Source: Octopus bimaculoides
Lineage: Eukaryota
Direction of reading: 5' to 3'
DNA: 64,000 nt
Assembly (NCBI RefSeq): GCF_001194135.2
Contig: NC_068987.1
Span: 5,812,718 to 5,876,717, forward strand
Shown: in pieces, positions 23,338 through 36,737 of the stretch
Numbering within the stretch: the first letter of the stretch is position 1
How the letters are laid out: each line of letters opens with the position of its first letter
Notes under the pieces: generated by a model
What the model was told of the DNA's origin: nothing
Database searches by the model: none
What the model saw: only the letters and a program-made list of their open reading frames with translations
Position numbers and translations under genes: made by a program

Positions 23338-23490
23338 GTGGCGGCCGAGCAGAATCGTTACTGTACCGGAAGAAATGCTTAGCGCCATTGCTTCTGAACC
23401 TTTATGTTCAGAGATCAAATGCCGACGTGGTTAACTTTGCTTTTCGTCCTTTCAGGGTGGTTAAAATAGGTACCGGTCAAGTACTGATTT
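23338..23490 (+). mobile_element. SINE family B monomer, degraded
   Basis: gcggccgagcagaatcgttac...gaaatgcttagcg...actttgcttttcgtcctttcaggg. Confidence 0.75.
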
Positions 23491-23651
23491 CCATATCACA
23501 ATTTGAAACTAATATCTAACGCTCACATATATACTGTTTAAGAACATACATAGACTCAGGAAAGAGCAGGAGGAAATAGCGAAAAATATCGCAGCAAACT
23601 GCATTATTGAACGTACGAAGATTTGTAGTAAACAATAAAATCATATAAACT

Positions 23652-23940
23652 GAAATAGACAAAGTTTTGAACGAAAATACGAAAACTAAAAGAAGCAGCA
23701 CATATGCTAGGACACAACAATCTCCTAAGCAGACCGAGTGCAGATATGAGCAGCATATGGGAACCGGTATTAAGGAAGGATAGGAAAATATTAGATCTAT
23801 AAGCCCTAAAATTCACTCCATAACTGCTCATGGGCATATGTCGTAGTGGTTAAGATGAGGACAAATATCCATCGAATGTAAATAATGTAAATAATGTACA
23901 TAATTATTCATCTCTTAAATATAGAACTGTATTATCTTTT
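23652..23940 (+). pseudogene. Second Penelope-like GIY-YIG C-terminal remnant plus 3' tail
   Basis: Translates KIRKLKEAAHMLGHNNLLSRPSADMSSIWEPVLRKDRK. Nucleotide match to 9150-9230, and the tail gaggacaaatatcc..aatgtaaataatgt matches 9350-9378. Confidence 0.75.
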
Positions 23941-23959
23941 ACATCCATATCGTAAAACT

Positions 23960-24265
23960 GGAACGTTATCTTTTACGACAGCGAGGGTTCCAGCTGATCC
24001 GATCAATGGAAGAGCCTGCTGGTGAAATTAACGTGCACGTGACTGAGCACTCCATAGACACGCGAATCCATAACGTATTTTACAGGGAAATTCTGTGACA
24101 CAGAATGTGACACAGCTAGCCCCTTGAATTAAAACACATTTTTGACTGGTGAGTAGACTGGAGCAATGTTAAATATAGTGTCTTGCTCATGGACACAAGG
24201 CGCTGTGGTTATCGAACTCTTGACCTTAAGATTAGGAACCCATAACCACTAAGCCACACGCATTC
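23960..24265 (-). mobile_element. SINE with family D head and family C tail
   Basis: 24130-24265 resembles the D head (gtcttgctcatggacacaa...ccactaagccacacgc). 23960-24130 resembles the C tail (gaaattaacgtgcacgtgactgagcactcca). Confidence 0.75.
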
Positions 24266-24289
24266 ACATAGATGAGACTGGTTACACAT

Positions 24290-24680
24290 CTGTTTAACAA
24301 TATATTTCCAGAGGGAGAAATAGAGAACCAGAATGAAATGTATTGATGTAAAGAACAGCTACTGGTGAGAATAGAATGAAGAAATGAAGCCTTGTCATGG
24401 TTTGTATTGACATATTGATTACCGAAAAGCATTTGATAGCATTCTACACTGTTGGATATTAGAAATATATAAAGGAAGTAGCTCAAACGTTAACAAAAAC
24501 CATCAGTCATGCTAAGGAAAGATGGATAAACAAACCATTGTTAGAAAGCAAAGGGCAGAGAATAAGGACCAGCCTTATTCTCGTAAAAAGAGGAATCTGC
24601 CAGTGTGAATCATTATCTCCCTTAGTTTCTTGCTTAGATCTCATTCCATTAACACTTTTAACGAAATGCTTCGCATTTGT
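24290..24680 (+). pseudogene. Non-LTR retrotransposon RT remnant (R4/Dong-like)
   Basis: Translates CKEQLL, IDYRKAFDSILHCWILEIYK and ILVKRGICQCESLSPLVSCLDLIPLT, matching RT motifs IDY.KAFDS.PH.W and RGIFQGDSLSPL.FC.AL.PL. Confidence 0.85.
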
Positions 24681-26401
24681 TAGTAGTCTCTTTAGCGATT
24701 TATGTTGTTTTTTGCATTTGATGAGTGTGTGCATTTTCCTTTTTTTAAATTCTTATATATATTACAACTCACCACGTGGAGATGATCGAAATTCCTCCTT
24801 TTCTGTTAATACTTATATATATNNNNNNNNNNNNNNNNNNNNNNNNNNNNNNNNNNNNNNNNNNNNNNNNNNNNNNNNNNNNNNNNNNNNNNNNNNNNNN
24901 NNNNNNNNNNNNNNNNNNNNNNNNNNNNNNNNNNNNNNNNNNNNNNNNNNNNNNNNNNNNNNNNNNNNNNNNNNNNNNNNNNNNNNNNNNNNNNNNNNNN
25001 NNNNNNNNNNNNNNNNNNNNNNNNNNNNNNNNNNNNNNNNNNNNNNNNNNNNNNNNNNNNNNNNNNNNNNNNNNNNNNNNNNNNNNNNNNNNNNNNNNNN
25101 NNNNNNNNNNNNNNNNNNNNNNNNNNNNNNNNNNNNNNNNNNNNNNNNNNNNNNNNNNNNNNNNNNNNNNNNNNNNNNNNNNNNNNNNNNNNNNNNNNNN
25201 NNNNNNNNNNNNNNNNNNNNNNNNNNNNNNNNNNNNNNNNNNNNNNNNNNNNNNNNNNNNNNNNNNNNNNNNNNNNNNNNNNNNNNNNNNNNNNNNNNNN
25301 NNNNNNNNNNNNNNNNNNNNNNNNNNNNNNNNNNNNNNNNNNNNNNNNNNNNNNNNNNNNNNNNNNNNNNNNNNNNNNNNNNNNNNNNNNNNNNNNNNNN
25401 NNNNNNNNNNNNNNNNNNNNNNNNNNNNNNNNNNNNNNNNNNNNNNNNNNNNNNNNNNNNNNNNNNNNNNNNNNNNNNNNNNNNNNNNNNNNNNNNNNNN
25501 NNNNNNNNNNNNNNNGAGAGAGAGAGAGAGAGAGAGGATGTAGAGAAACGAGAATGGATATATGAGTGAGAATGATGTTAAGAGTGGGTTTTATAGACAG
25601 ATTGATGCCAAATACTTTTACTCTACAACATAATTGGTATCTTAAAAGAATTTTTTGAATTTTACGAAGTTATTTCCTTTTTTCTGTTTTGTAATATTCA
25701 ACCTTATTTTTAGAGAATATTTCTTCATCCATGTAAATTACCCAAATACGAAAACAAAAAAAAAAAAAGGAATTTAACGTACGGGTGGTGTTTGTAAGCT
25801 TACAAAATATACAGATATGTCTTCTAGAACGGAATTACACTCTCCCAATATCTGAATCAATTTGCAATTTTTCTAGATACTTATGTACAACAGATAAATA
25901 TAAATTCTTGTTTATAGCTGGTTCTCAAAACGCACAAATACGCATTAACTGTCAAGCACACGATATTGAGAAGAAACTCCGATAATATTGCCAACACTGC
26001 ATTCCAAATGAAGACATTTACATCAGAACATGTCACTTCTAATACATAATAAATAAAAATAAGAATAGGGTGAGATTATAAATAACACAGTGATCACACA
26101 ATCAAGCACATACCACGCATGGAGATGTTATACAGAGTATATGATAACTTTGCTAAAATTGTATGTAACACTGTTACAATGTGTGTTATTAATATCATCC
26201 ATTTAAACATCTTCAAATATATTAAAATCAAAATAAAACCCTCGTTTAATGTAGAAGATAGAGTAAAGAAAAATCTGATGAAGTAGGAAAATAATATTTT
26301 TTATAATAGCTTTATTTCTGTTGTTTTTTTTTTTCATATCGTGGTGTGTTCTCTCCTTCGCTTCTAAATGGATCGAATATCGTTATACATACATACATAC
26401 A

Positions 26402-26435
<34 letters not shown>

Positions 26436-26483
26436 CATCTCAACAACACACTCTTGAATACAAACATTCACACAAATATATGC

Positions 26484-26560
<77 letters not shown>

Positions 26561-26581
26561 CATACATATATATATACATAC

Positions 26582-26624
<43 letters not shown>

Positions 26625-26699
26625 TTTATATATATACACATACATATATATATAAATGCGTATGTATATACGCACATACAGACATACATGCATACATAC

Positions 26700-27020
<321 letters not shown>

Positions 27021-27510
27021 ACATACGGAACAACATATATGCTGATAGCTATCAATTTTGATAAAATAGTTGTGTATATTAATATATGCATGTGTGTATA
27101 TGTCTGTAATGTATGTGTGTGTTTGGGTGCATGCGCTTATGCGCGTATATGTATCGTGTCCATATATTTGTTTTCAATTCCTTTCCTCCTTCAACATCTC
27201 ACTCTACAAAATTCACGTGGATATTTTCAATAAAATATACATAAGAGGAGGAAGCCATAAATATTTAATACTAAGTAAACATATTTCCCCCGTTTCCTTT
27301 TATCCAAAAAGATAGAAAACTTTATAAACAACACAAATGCTTAGATATAGGTAGGTAAGTGGTTATATATATATANNNNNNNNNNNNNNNNNNNNNNNNN
27401 NNNNNNNNNNNNNNNNNNNNNNNNNNNNNNNNNNNNNNNNNNNNNNNNNNNNNNNNNNNNNNNNNNNNNNNNNNNGATAGATAGAGAGATAGAAAGGTAG
27501 ATAAACAGAC

Positions 27511-27559
<49 letters not shown>

Positions 27560-27847
27560 GAGACAGAGATAGATAGACAGATAGATAGATAGATAGATAG
27601 ATAGACAGATAAATAGATAGATAGGTAGATAGAGATATCTTTTTATTATAGCCATACAGGGCTAAATACAGAAAATGGACAAATTACAAAGTAGAGCTTT
27701 TCTTGGGGGGGGGNNNNNNNNNNNNNNNNNNNNNNATAATTTCGATCAAAAGGGATCGCGGAAAAAAAAGGTGGGTATTTCGATCAAAAGGGATCGCGGA
27801 AGAAAAAAAAACAAAAAAACAAAAAGATAGATAGACAGACAGACAGA

Positions 27848-27891
<44 letters not shown>

Positions 27892-28234
27892 TGTTTACTC
27901 ACATATGTTTGGAAGAGTTTTGTCTTGAGACAGTTGGAAGTGCGAAGGAAATCTGAACGAAACGTTTTTCGAGTTAAATGCACACAATTCAAACAATTGC
28001 AGTTAGGAAACCACAAATCTGATCTGAAATGACGTAAGTGCCATATAGAAGGGAATGCGGGGTAAAGGGGAGTGAAGACTGGACGAAGAGAGACGCACAG
28101 TGTGTATGTGTAATTCATACGTACATTGATACGATAATGCTTATACATGTACATACACATACACATATACATACATATCTATGTTTTTGTGTTTGTGTGT
28201 GTGCGTGTGTCTGTGTCTGTGTGTATTATTATTA

Positions 28235-28330
28235 GCAGGATTGGTAGAGCGCCGGGCAAAACACTTGGCCGAATTTCGTCCGTCTTTACGTTCTGAATTC
28301 TAATTCCTCCGAGGTTGACTTAGCCTATCC

Positions 28331-28332
<2 letters not shown>
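28235..28332 (+). mobile_element. SINE family B partial monomer
   Basis: gagcgccgggcaaaacactt...ttacgttctgaattctaattcctccgaggttgacttagcc. Confidence 0.7.
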
Positions 28333-28373
<41 letters not shown>

Positions 28374-28416
28374 NNNNNNNNNNNNNNNNNNNNNNNNNNN
28401 NNNNNNNNNNNNNNNN

Positions 28417-28498
<82 letters not shown>

Positions 28499-28835
28499 CA
28501 CACGCCAGGAGATGAGTTTATTCATATTAAGAACTTGTATGTATTTATAGCATCAGTATCTTCTCAGTGTGAAAGTGATTAGGAAGAGTCGTATACTCAA
28601 CAAGAAAGACCAATATTTATTATTACTTAAGTAACTACTCATTGAACTCACAAAACAGAGAGACACAGAAAGAGAAAGAAAATAAGTTTATTGTAAAGAA
28701 GTGGGCTAAAAATAGATTAAGCGAAAAAAAAAACAACAAAAAAATCAGATGACTAAAAGATGGAGACATCTGATTGATACCTCAGTAAAAGAAAAGGAAA
28801 ATGTGTGGAAACGTCAAAACATTGGCTCGACTAAG

Positions 28836-29393
28836 ACAGCGAGCTAACAGAAAGGTTAGCACGCCGGGCGAAATGCTTAGCGGTTACGTTCTGAGTTCAA
28901 ATTCCGCCGAGGTCGACTTTGCCTTTCATCCTTTCGGGGTCGATTAAATAAGTACCAGTTGCGCACTGGGGTCAATGTAATCGACTTAATCCCTTTGTCT
29001 GTCCTTGTTTGTCCCCTCTGTGTTTAGCCCCTTGTGGGCAACAAAGAAATAAGAAACGTTAGCACGCCGGGCGAGATGCTTAGCGGTATTTCATTTGACA
29101 CTATGTTCTGAGTTCAAATTCCACTAAGGTTGACTTTGCCTTTCATCCTTTCGGGTTTGATGAATTAAGTACCAGTTGCATACTGGAGTCGATCTCATCG
29201 ACTGGCCCCACTCCTCCAAAATTTCGGGCCTTGTGCCTAGAGTAGAAAAAAAATATTTAACGCGGCGAGCTGGCGGAAACTTTAGCACCCCAGGCGAAAT
29301 GCTTAACGGTATTTCGTCTGCCGTTACGTTCTGAGTTCAAATTCCGCCGAGATCAACTTTGCCTGTCATCCTTTCAGGGTCGATAAATTAAGT
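28836..29393 (+). mobile_element. SINE family B dimer plus third monomer
   Basis: Same dimer and junction as 22053-22483, followed by another gcggcgagctggcggaa monomer cut by a gap. Confidence 0.9.
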
Positions 29394-29500
29394 NNNNNNN
29401 NNNNNNNNNNNNNNNNNNNNNNNNNNNNNNNNNNNNNNNNNNNNNNNNNNNNNNNNNNNNNNNNNNNNNNNNNNNNNNNNNNNNNNNNNNNNNNNNNNNN

Positions 29501-29540
<40 letters not shown>

Positions 29541-29599
29541 GAAAGTTTGTTTTCACATAAAAAAACAAACACGAACTATTATAGTTCTTAAATTTAAGC

Positions 29600-29830
29600 G
29601 GAAAAGGGATGCTGATTCGCTGGTATAAAGGTAACACACTTAGTCGCGTTAACAAAGGGATGTGGGTTCGACTCCCATGCGGATAGAAAAGCCTTCTTTT
29701 TTTTCCGTCGAGGGGGTTTATATGCCACTTATTAGATTATTTGCCTTCGTCATTGCACGGTGATCGCCATAAGTTTTAGGCTTACATAAAAATACCATTA
29801 TTATTATTATTTACAGGACTGTAAAAACGG
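29600..29830 (+). mobile_element. Second copy of the tRNA-like-containing element
   Basis: A-box-like TGGTATAAAGGTA, T-arm GTGGG TTCGACT CCCAT, acceptor ATTCGC/GCGGAT and a T-run at 29697-29704. The downstream arm gtgatcgccataagttttaggctta...aaaatacc matches 13216-13256 (reverse complement). Confidence 0.65.
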
Positions 29831-30764
29831 CGCCGTATAAAAAAAAAACCATTCGCACCGGAGGCATATATATGCACGCATATAAACATAGATGTGTTGT
29901 ATGTCTTCATATATGTCCATTTATCTTTCTACTTCTCCCTTCTCTCCTACTCTCTTATCTTTAGGTCTTGCTTATAAGCTCGACTGATCTTCCATGCTGA
30001 TGTCATTATAAATTTAGTTGCTTGACTTTTCTGATATTATTTCCTCAATCTGTACCAAGCTTTTGCTGTAGCAACAGGTCGCTCTTCTTTCTTCTTCAAT
30101 ATATCACGTGCCAACCTTCCTTCGTATTTCGTTATTTAATCCTCAGAAGTGATAATGTAAAAATAAATCCCACGTACTTCGCTGTCTCTATGTTATCTTA
30201 ATGTATTTTCACTACCATTAGATATATTATACAAGGTTTACTTAGTTCAAAGTGATGCTAAGATAAGATTTATAGAATACTCGAAAACATAGCTTGGCTT
30301 ATAAGGTAACGTCATCGAAAACCACGCAAAGAAAAAATGGCATTTTTCCGCACACTATAATAACATTTTATAGAAGATAACACTAAAATAACATTATTAT
30401 GAATACAAAGCGTGAATTTCATCTAAGCAAGAAAATAATGTATTTTCCTATAAAAATCCTGTGATGTTCATGGTGTTTATAAATATTTTAGCAACGCAAA
30501 TGAAATTAAATGGCTTCAACCTGTATCCAAAATACCATCGTAAACTTGAATAACCGGAAATTACTTCATGCTTTATTGAGCATTAATTCAGTTACAAAAT
30601 GCAATCCACGCATTTTTAACAGATTTATTAGTTTTAGAAGCAACTAGTGATAAAAGGTGTAAATAGTCTTTAGAGGGCTTTTATAATGGGCTTCTTAACA
30701 GGCCTAAGTCATTCTAATGTCGGTACATTATTATTATTATTAGTTGAATAGTAAGGCGGGTGTG

Positions 30765-30952
30765 CTAGTAGAATCGTTAGTGCGTCGAACAAAATGCTTA
30801 GCGACATCTCATCTGTCTTTCTTTCTGAGTTTAAAGTCGACTTTGCTTTTCATCCTTAAAACGAATAAGTAATGGTATCAATTCGTTCGACTAAAACCCT
30901 TCAAGTCGGTGCCCCAGCATGGCCGCAGTCTAATGTCTGCAACAAGTAAAAG
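30765..30952 (+). mobile_element. Degraded family B monomer followed by family A tail
   Basis: gaatcgttagtgcgtcgaacaaaatgcttagcg...gtcgactttgcttttcatcc, then ttcgactaaaacccttcaagtcggtgccccagcatggccgcagtc. Confidence 0.7.
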
Positions 30953-32226
30953 AATGTTATGTACCAAATACAATATCAATGTTATTCCCTAAGAACGTGG
31001 GTTTTTATTTTTTATTAACAAAAAACAATAATTAAAAAAGTCTCCGCATCCTTGTCAATATAATTATCAGTTATTCATAACACAAAAATAGAAATATTTT
31101 CACAATGGATTTGATAGGATTTTTTTTTCTAGCTTTGGTTTTTCGTGATATCATCTCCTGCTCTAAGTTATTATCTGCGTATCTATTCAATTATTGGAAT
31201 ATAAATGAATAGCATTTGTCTGTAAATTGTTAATTATAATTAATTATGAGATAATTCTGATATCAAAACAGAGTCAATGATGTGAGTGATTCTATGTATA
31301 AGTTATATGAATTAATGTCTGACGAAGGCTTCAGAATGTTGGCAGCAGCAGTATTCGGTTCTAATATTAACACATATTTGTTTAAAAGTATTTAATCAAA
31401 TTAAAAAATTAGTGATGGGTGAAAAGAAGGCAAACAATTGTTATTGCAAATTGGTTTTATCGCGTATATCATTTATAAATTTTTAGATGTTATTTTCTTT
31501 CTTTTCCCTTGACACAGGGCAATATCTTTTAGAAGCGTAAGATAAATAAAAATCAAGAGAAAAGTGGCATCTAAACAAGCTTTTATATTTTATAAGCATA
31601 ACAAACTTGCGCCAGAGTCAATTAAATCGATTTGTGTATGTTTTTTTTCCCAGATCTCAAAGGAACGGATTGTAAAATCAATCTAAACAGAAATGGTAAT
31701 CAAAGTAAGGTCATATCAAGCTGGCTATCACGTACAGCATCATGTTTAGCCCACTAATATCCATGTAAAACCATCAATGAGTGCAACCAATGAAATGCGC
31801 ATGAAGATCATGCTTAGTTAAACATCTTCTTAATATCTCTCAATTTCCATACAGTTAATAATGTTGAACGCAACACATACACACTTATATATAAACGCAT
31901 ACACACCACACACACACACACACACACATACACACACATACACACATACACACATATACATATGATATATATATATAGATATATATTTATATATATANNN
32001 NNNNNNNNNNNNNNNNNNNNNNNNNNNNNNNNNNNNNNNNNNNNNNNNNNNNNNNNNNNNNNNNNNNNNNNNNNNNNNNNNNNNNNNNNNNNNNNNNNNN
32101 NNNNNNNNNNNNNNNNNNNNNNNNNNNNNNNNNNNNNNNNNNNNNNNNNNNNNNNNNNNNNNNNNNNNNNNNNNNNNNNNNNNNNNNNNNNNNNNNNNNN
32201 NNNNNNNNNNNNNNNNNNNNNNNNNN

Positions 32227-32261
<35 letters not shown>

Positions 32262-33810
32262 TCGCCATTGTATCTGGTTTACAAGATTCTTTATGTGAAT
32301 TCGTGTGTTGAAGCAAATTTTTTTGTTTCTGGCCATGTTCCTAGAGTAGAAAAGATTATGTATCTAGGTATCTTTTTCATGGATGTTAAAGCCTTCAGAC
32401 TTTCACTTGCGCATGTGTATTGTAACTGATATAAACACAACTTATGTATAGATTTAAATTTGTAACGAGGAGTTTGCTTCTTAGCTGCATGCTTCTTAGT
32501 GTTACTCATATGGTCTCTGTAACAGTAATTGTTTAGAAAATACTTAGTTAATAATTAGGTAAAAGTAGCTACTGAACTAAATTTTGTTTCTGCTGATAAG
32601 ATGATTAAGAATTGCATAAAAAATATTGGATTAATTTAATTCGCTTCACTTAGAGACGACGGAAATTTTTATATAAATATAATGTTAACAACAGTTGATT
32701 CAGAAATCACTCGAAATACGATGTGCTTCGACAATGTTAAAACATAATCTTATTAGTTAGTTGTCATCACATTGCGACAAGAGTTGCAATTGCTGTGACA
32801 ATAGCTGGTTGAGCATAGTATCACTGTGTCATGATCTTGTCAAATATGGACAGACAGAGCAACCAAATTTAAATTTCTGTGTAAAACTTTTGTCATATTC
32901 CATGCTATAAATTGCCAGATAAAACGAAATAGAGTTAAAAGCAGTGGCATATTGCCATCGACATAAAATTATAACTTCCAAATATGGTGGGTAAAACTGC
33001 AGAATAACACTTTGAAATGACAGATCATTAATTGGTGAGCTTCCAGATTTAAAATTGCTGTGAGAAGTGGGATATAGGCCGAAGTCATTTCTTTTCCCTT
33101 ACTTCAGTAACTTACTTGTAAAATGCATGAATAATACTAATCAATGCCTTATAAATGTTGACCTCAAGTTAAAAGGAAAAAGAATAATCAATATAAAGCA
33201 ATCGATAGAAAACGGTTGTAGGGTAGGAACGTTATGAAAATCTGTTTGCCGGTTTCTTTTCTCATACAATTAATATATTCATGAAAAATGAACATCGATC
33301 ATTTCATTTGTAAATATAGGACATTGTGACATTGGGCCAAGCTCGACAAGGAATATCAAACTAATAAAAGTGAGAATAAGACAAGGTCATGACTGAATCA
33401 AATCCTCAACCCGATTTAGCAAGGTGCCAAGTTTGGAAAAGTGTATGTATGTAGGTATGTATGTGTATATATATATANNNNNNNNNNNNNNNNNNNNNNN
33501 NNNNNNNNNNNNNNNNNNNNNNNNNNNNNNNNNNNNNNNNNNNNNNNNNNNNNNNNNNNNNNNNNNNNNNNNNNNNNNNNNNNNNNNNNNNNNNNNNNNN
33601 NNNNNNNNNNNNNNNNNNNNNNNNNNNNNNNNNNNNNNNNNNNNNNNNNNNNNNNNNNNNNNNNNNNNNNNNNNNNNNNNNNNNNNNNNNNNNNNNNNNN
33701 NNNNNNNNNNNNNNNNNNNNNNNNNNNNNNNNNNNNNNNNNNNNNNNNNNNNNNNNNNNNNNNNNNNNNNNNNNNNNNNNNNNNNNNNNNNNNNNNNNNN
33801 NNNNNNAGGA

Positions 33811-33918
33811 GGAGAAGAAGAAGAAGAAGAAGAAGAAGAAGAAGAAGAAGAAGAAGAAGAAGAAGAAGAAGAAGAAGAAGAAGAAGAAGAAGAAGAAGAA
33901 GAAGAAGAAGAAGAAGAA
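33811..33918 (+). repeat. (GAA)n polypurine tract
   Basis: Read directly, about 35 units next to a gap. Confidence 0.95.
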
Positions 33919-35429
33919 TGCGGGAGGAAGAAGAAGAATGCGGAAGTGGTATGATAGTAGTAGGATGTTAAATGGTGAAGTGCCCTGAAAGTGACTTGTG
34001 GATGGTAGTAGTGACTGAATTCTTGAGGTATCTATTTTGAATGAAAGAATGTGACAGACTTCATTCAAGGGACGTAATTAAGATGTTCAAGGGACCTTAT
34101 AAAAGTATGCCAATTATAACACAGTGCATGTAATTAATATTGGCCAATTTTTTTTTATTAATTTCATTACGTAATTGTCGTCCTGCAGTTGAAACGCTGC
34201 GATAAATTGGGAAAATGTGGCACACTTTGTTTTCTTTATCTGTATGTTCTTTGAGAGAGATTTTCCTTGTGCAAAGCTGCCTTATATGCTGAAGACTGGG
34301 TCGATGACGGATTGAGAGTCCAGTTTCGCTAATAAGATGGTCTCTATAATCTTTAAATATTGGTTTCAAATTTTGGCACAAGGCCAGGATAAGTTTATTA
34401 CATCGACTCCAGTGTTCAACTGGTATTTCTTTTATTACTTTTTTGCATGTCTCGGTACAAACGTAGTCCAATCGGAACGAAGCCTCAATTTTCGTTGACC
34501 AATGTCTATTCATATTTTACTAAATGTTATATTTTATGAAAAGAGGGAAAACATTTGGTGATCTTGATAGTAATATGTTGCCATCCACTTTCTTTAGGTA
34601 TTTGCGATAAAACATTTAGAGAATCTAAAATTATGTTGTTAAAGTTGAAACCGGTAGGGAAATTTATTTACTTTATTTTTCTTATAGTCTGTATTTCATT
34701 TGGTGCAAATACTCATTTAATGATGCTATATTCCAGAATGCAGTAAATCTTTTAATGCATTTTCATTATCTTATATATATATATATAAACATACACACAC
34801 ATATGTACTCTCTGCTCTTTCTCTTTTTAACTTTAAAGTAAATTTTGACTGGCTACCTGCTTGGTAACACGGTTGTAAAGGAAAGTGTCTTGCTTTGCAT
34901 ACAGTGGAATAGAGCTCCGAACTAAGTTTTGGCGAAAGTAACTTATTAACGCCGCAAATATTTACTAAGAATAAACATTATTGTTTATTCATTTGAGTAG
35001 TTATCACATAAATACTTTTAAGAGGTAGTGTCGTTAGATATTTAAAGTGATTTATCTGAAAAGATAACATATGAAAGCGAAAATGAAATCTTAGAATATA
35101 AATTAATTAACCTTTTGTTAACCTCAGTTCAAATGAGAAACGGTTGTGAAACATCATTAGCTAAAATATACTTCATGAATATGTGGTCTATCGTAGACAA
35201 ACATTCAGGCTCAATAGGAGGTATTATTCAAATTAATCCTACTATACAACCTATAGTGAAATCATACGTGTCCACGGTCCGGCTAGTGAGTTCTTCAAAA
35301 TATAAGTGGTTTACTTTTAAACATCCAGCTCCGTACTTCACATTCTTAAATGAATTCATTGAGGTAATTACGGATAATCTTAAACTTATACATTGCATTT
35401 AGGCCTCTGACGAATTCTCAGCTTGATAA

Positions 35430-35675
35430 GGTCGGAGCTTAACTCAATTTCCGTGGCATACAAGTGACTGGAATTACGACACTGTCACCTGAATAGGATG
35501 CCAGTCCATTGCAGGGCTAACTTCCCGGTTATTACTGAAATTCATATACAGCTGAGTGGACTGTAGCAACGTGAAATGAAGTTTTTTGCTCGAGAAAAAA
35601 TGTATCACGCACTACAGGAATCGAAACCAGGATCTTATGGTCGTGAGTGCAACACTAGGACACACGCCTTCACTA
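35430..35675 (-). mobile_element. SINE family D (tRNA-like head, V/CORE-like central block)
   Basis: Minus strand reads gtgaaggcgtgtg...ggtttcgattcc...ctcgagcaaaaaacttcatttcacgttgc...gccctgcaatggactggcatcc. Confidence 0.65.
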
Positions 35676-35690
35676 CGTTGATTTAAAATA

Positions 35691-35849
35691 CTTAAAGCAG
35701 TATCTCTGGGTAACATCTGGGCCCAAAACCCTCCAATTTAGTAATCTTTTAAGGTGCATAGTGACATTTTCCTCACTGACAGTATTAGCTTCTTGTTTCG
35801 GATTTAGAGAAAACCGCCTTTGGATATAATCAATCCATTCTGTTTCAGA
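35691..35849 (-). pseudogene. Non-LTR retrotransposon RT N-terminal remnant (R4/Dong-like)
   Basis: Open frame SETEWIDYIQRRFSLNPKQEANTVSEENVTMHLKRLLNWRVLGPDVTQRYCFK resembles AEWI....I.EE.V...LK...NWKAPGPDG.QG.WFK. Confidence 0.7.
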
Positions 35850-36412
35850 TTATCGTTTACAGATATTCTTCACACATGCCTCTTCAAGACCGTGCGTTTT
35901 ATGCTTAAAAGTTACTAAAAATTCAGCTCTGTTGGAATTGTAATTTCCTAGGAGTATAATGTTTCAGCTTTATATTCTAAGCATCTATTCGTTGCTTCAA
36001 ATGATCCACATCGATATGGAGTTCCAGATTTCTAAACCAGAATATTCTGCCCATCCATTAAGGACAGTCATCTCCCTGAAATTCTACCTAGCACGTAAGT
36101 GATATGAAATAACGTATCGTTATTTTTATAGACCTAACCAAGGGTAATTCGGGCTTCCATACATTGTATATATAAAGAGAAAATGCGTGTATACTTTGTA
36201 ATGAATGCTTGCTGTAACCATAATGTTCTGGTTATCTGATGAGTTAGTTTTCTTTATTTGCATTGATTTGTGAATATACAATTGTATTGTAAGATGTATG
36301 GATGCACATTAATGCAAACATTTAGACATAATTCCATTCCAAACTGAAATTAATAATACAGAAACAAAGCTGCCGTAATCTTATGGCTCCCAAGTGTTTA
36401 AATAAATATATT

Positions 36413-36595
36413 GGCTTCGAATTTTAGTGCAAGGCCAGCAATATTTGGGGAAGGGGTAAGTCGATTATATAGAGCCTAATCTCAAATTGGTTCTTATTTT
36501 ATCATCCCCGGAGGGATGAGAGACAAAGTCGACCTCAGTGGTATTTGAATTCAGAAACAAAACACAGACGAACTGTCGCTAAGCATTTTGCCCCG
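36413..36595 (-). mobile_element. SINE family B monomer
   Basis: agacaaagtcgacctcagtggtatttgaattcagaa...gctaagcattttgccc. Confidence 0.8.
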
Positions 36596-36651
36596 ATGCC
36601 AGCTTTGTTAAATAGATATATTCATCTATCAAACCGCCTGAAGCTTTTACA

Positions 36652-36737
<86 letters not shown>

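Noticed and set aside
27901-28021. Minus-strand exon candidate with gtgagt donor
   Set aside because: There are several alternative acceptors and frames, and none is recognisable.
29615-29684. Functional tRNA gene
   Set aside because: It has a 9-nt anticodon loop, mismatched stems and is embedded in a repeated element, so it is treated as tRNA-derived.
34097-34513. 138-aa minus ORF
   Set aside because: It runs through a SINE B fragment (34360-34435) and has no domain.
35115-35402. 95-aa plus ORF with possible splice sites
   Set aside because: It has no recognisable domain and sits among TE remnants.
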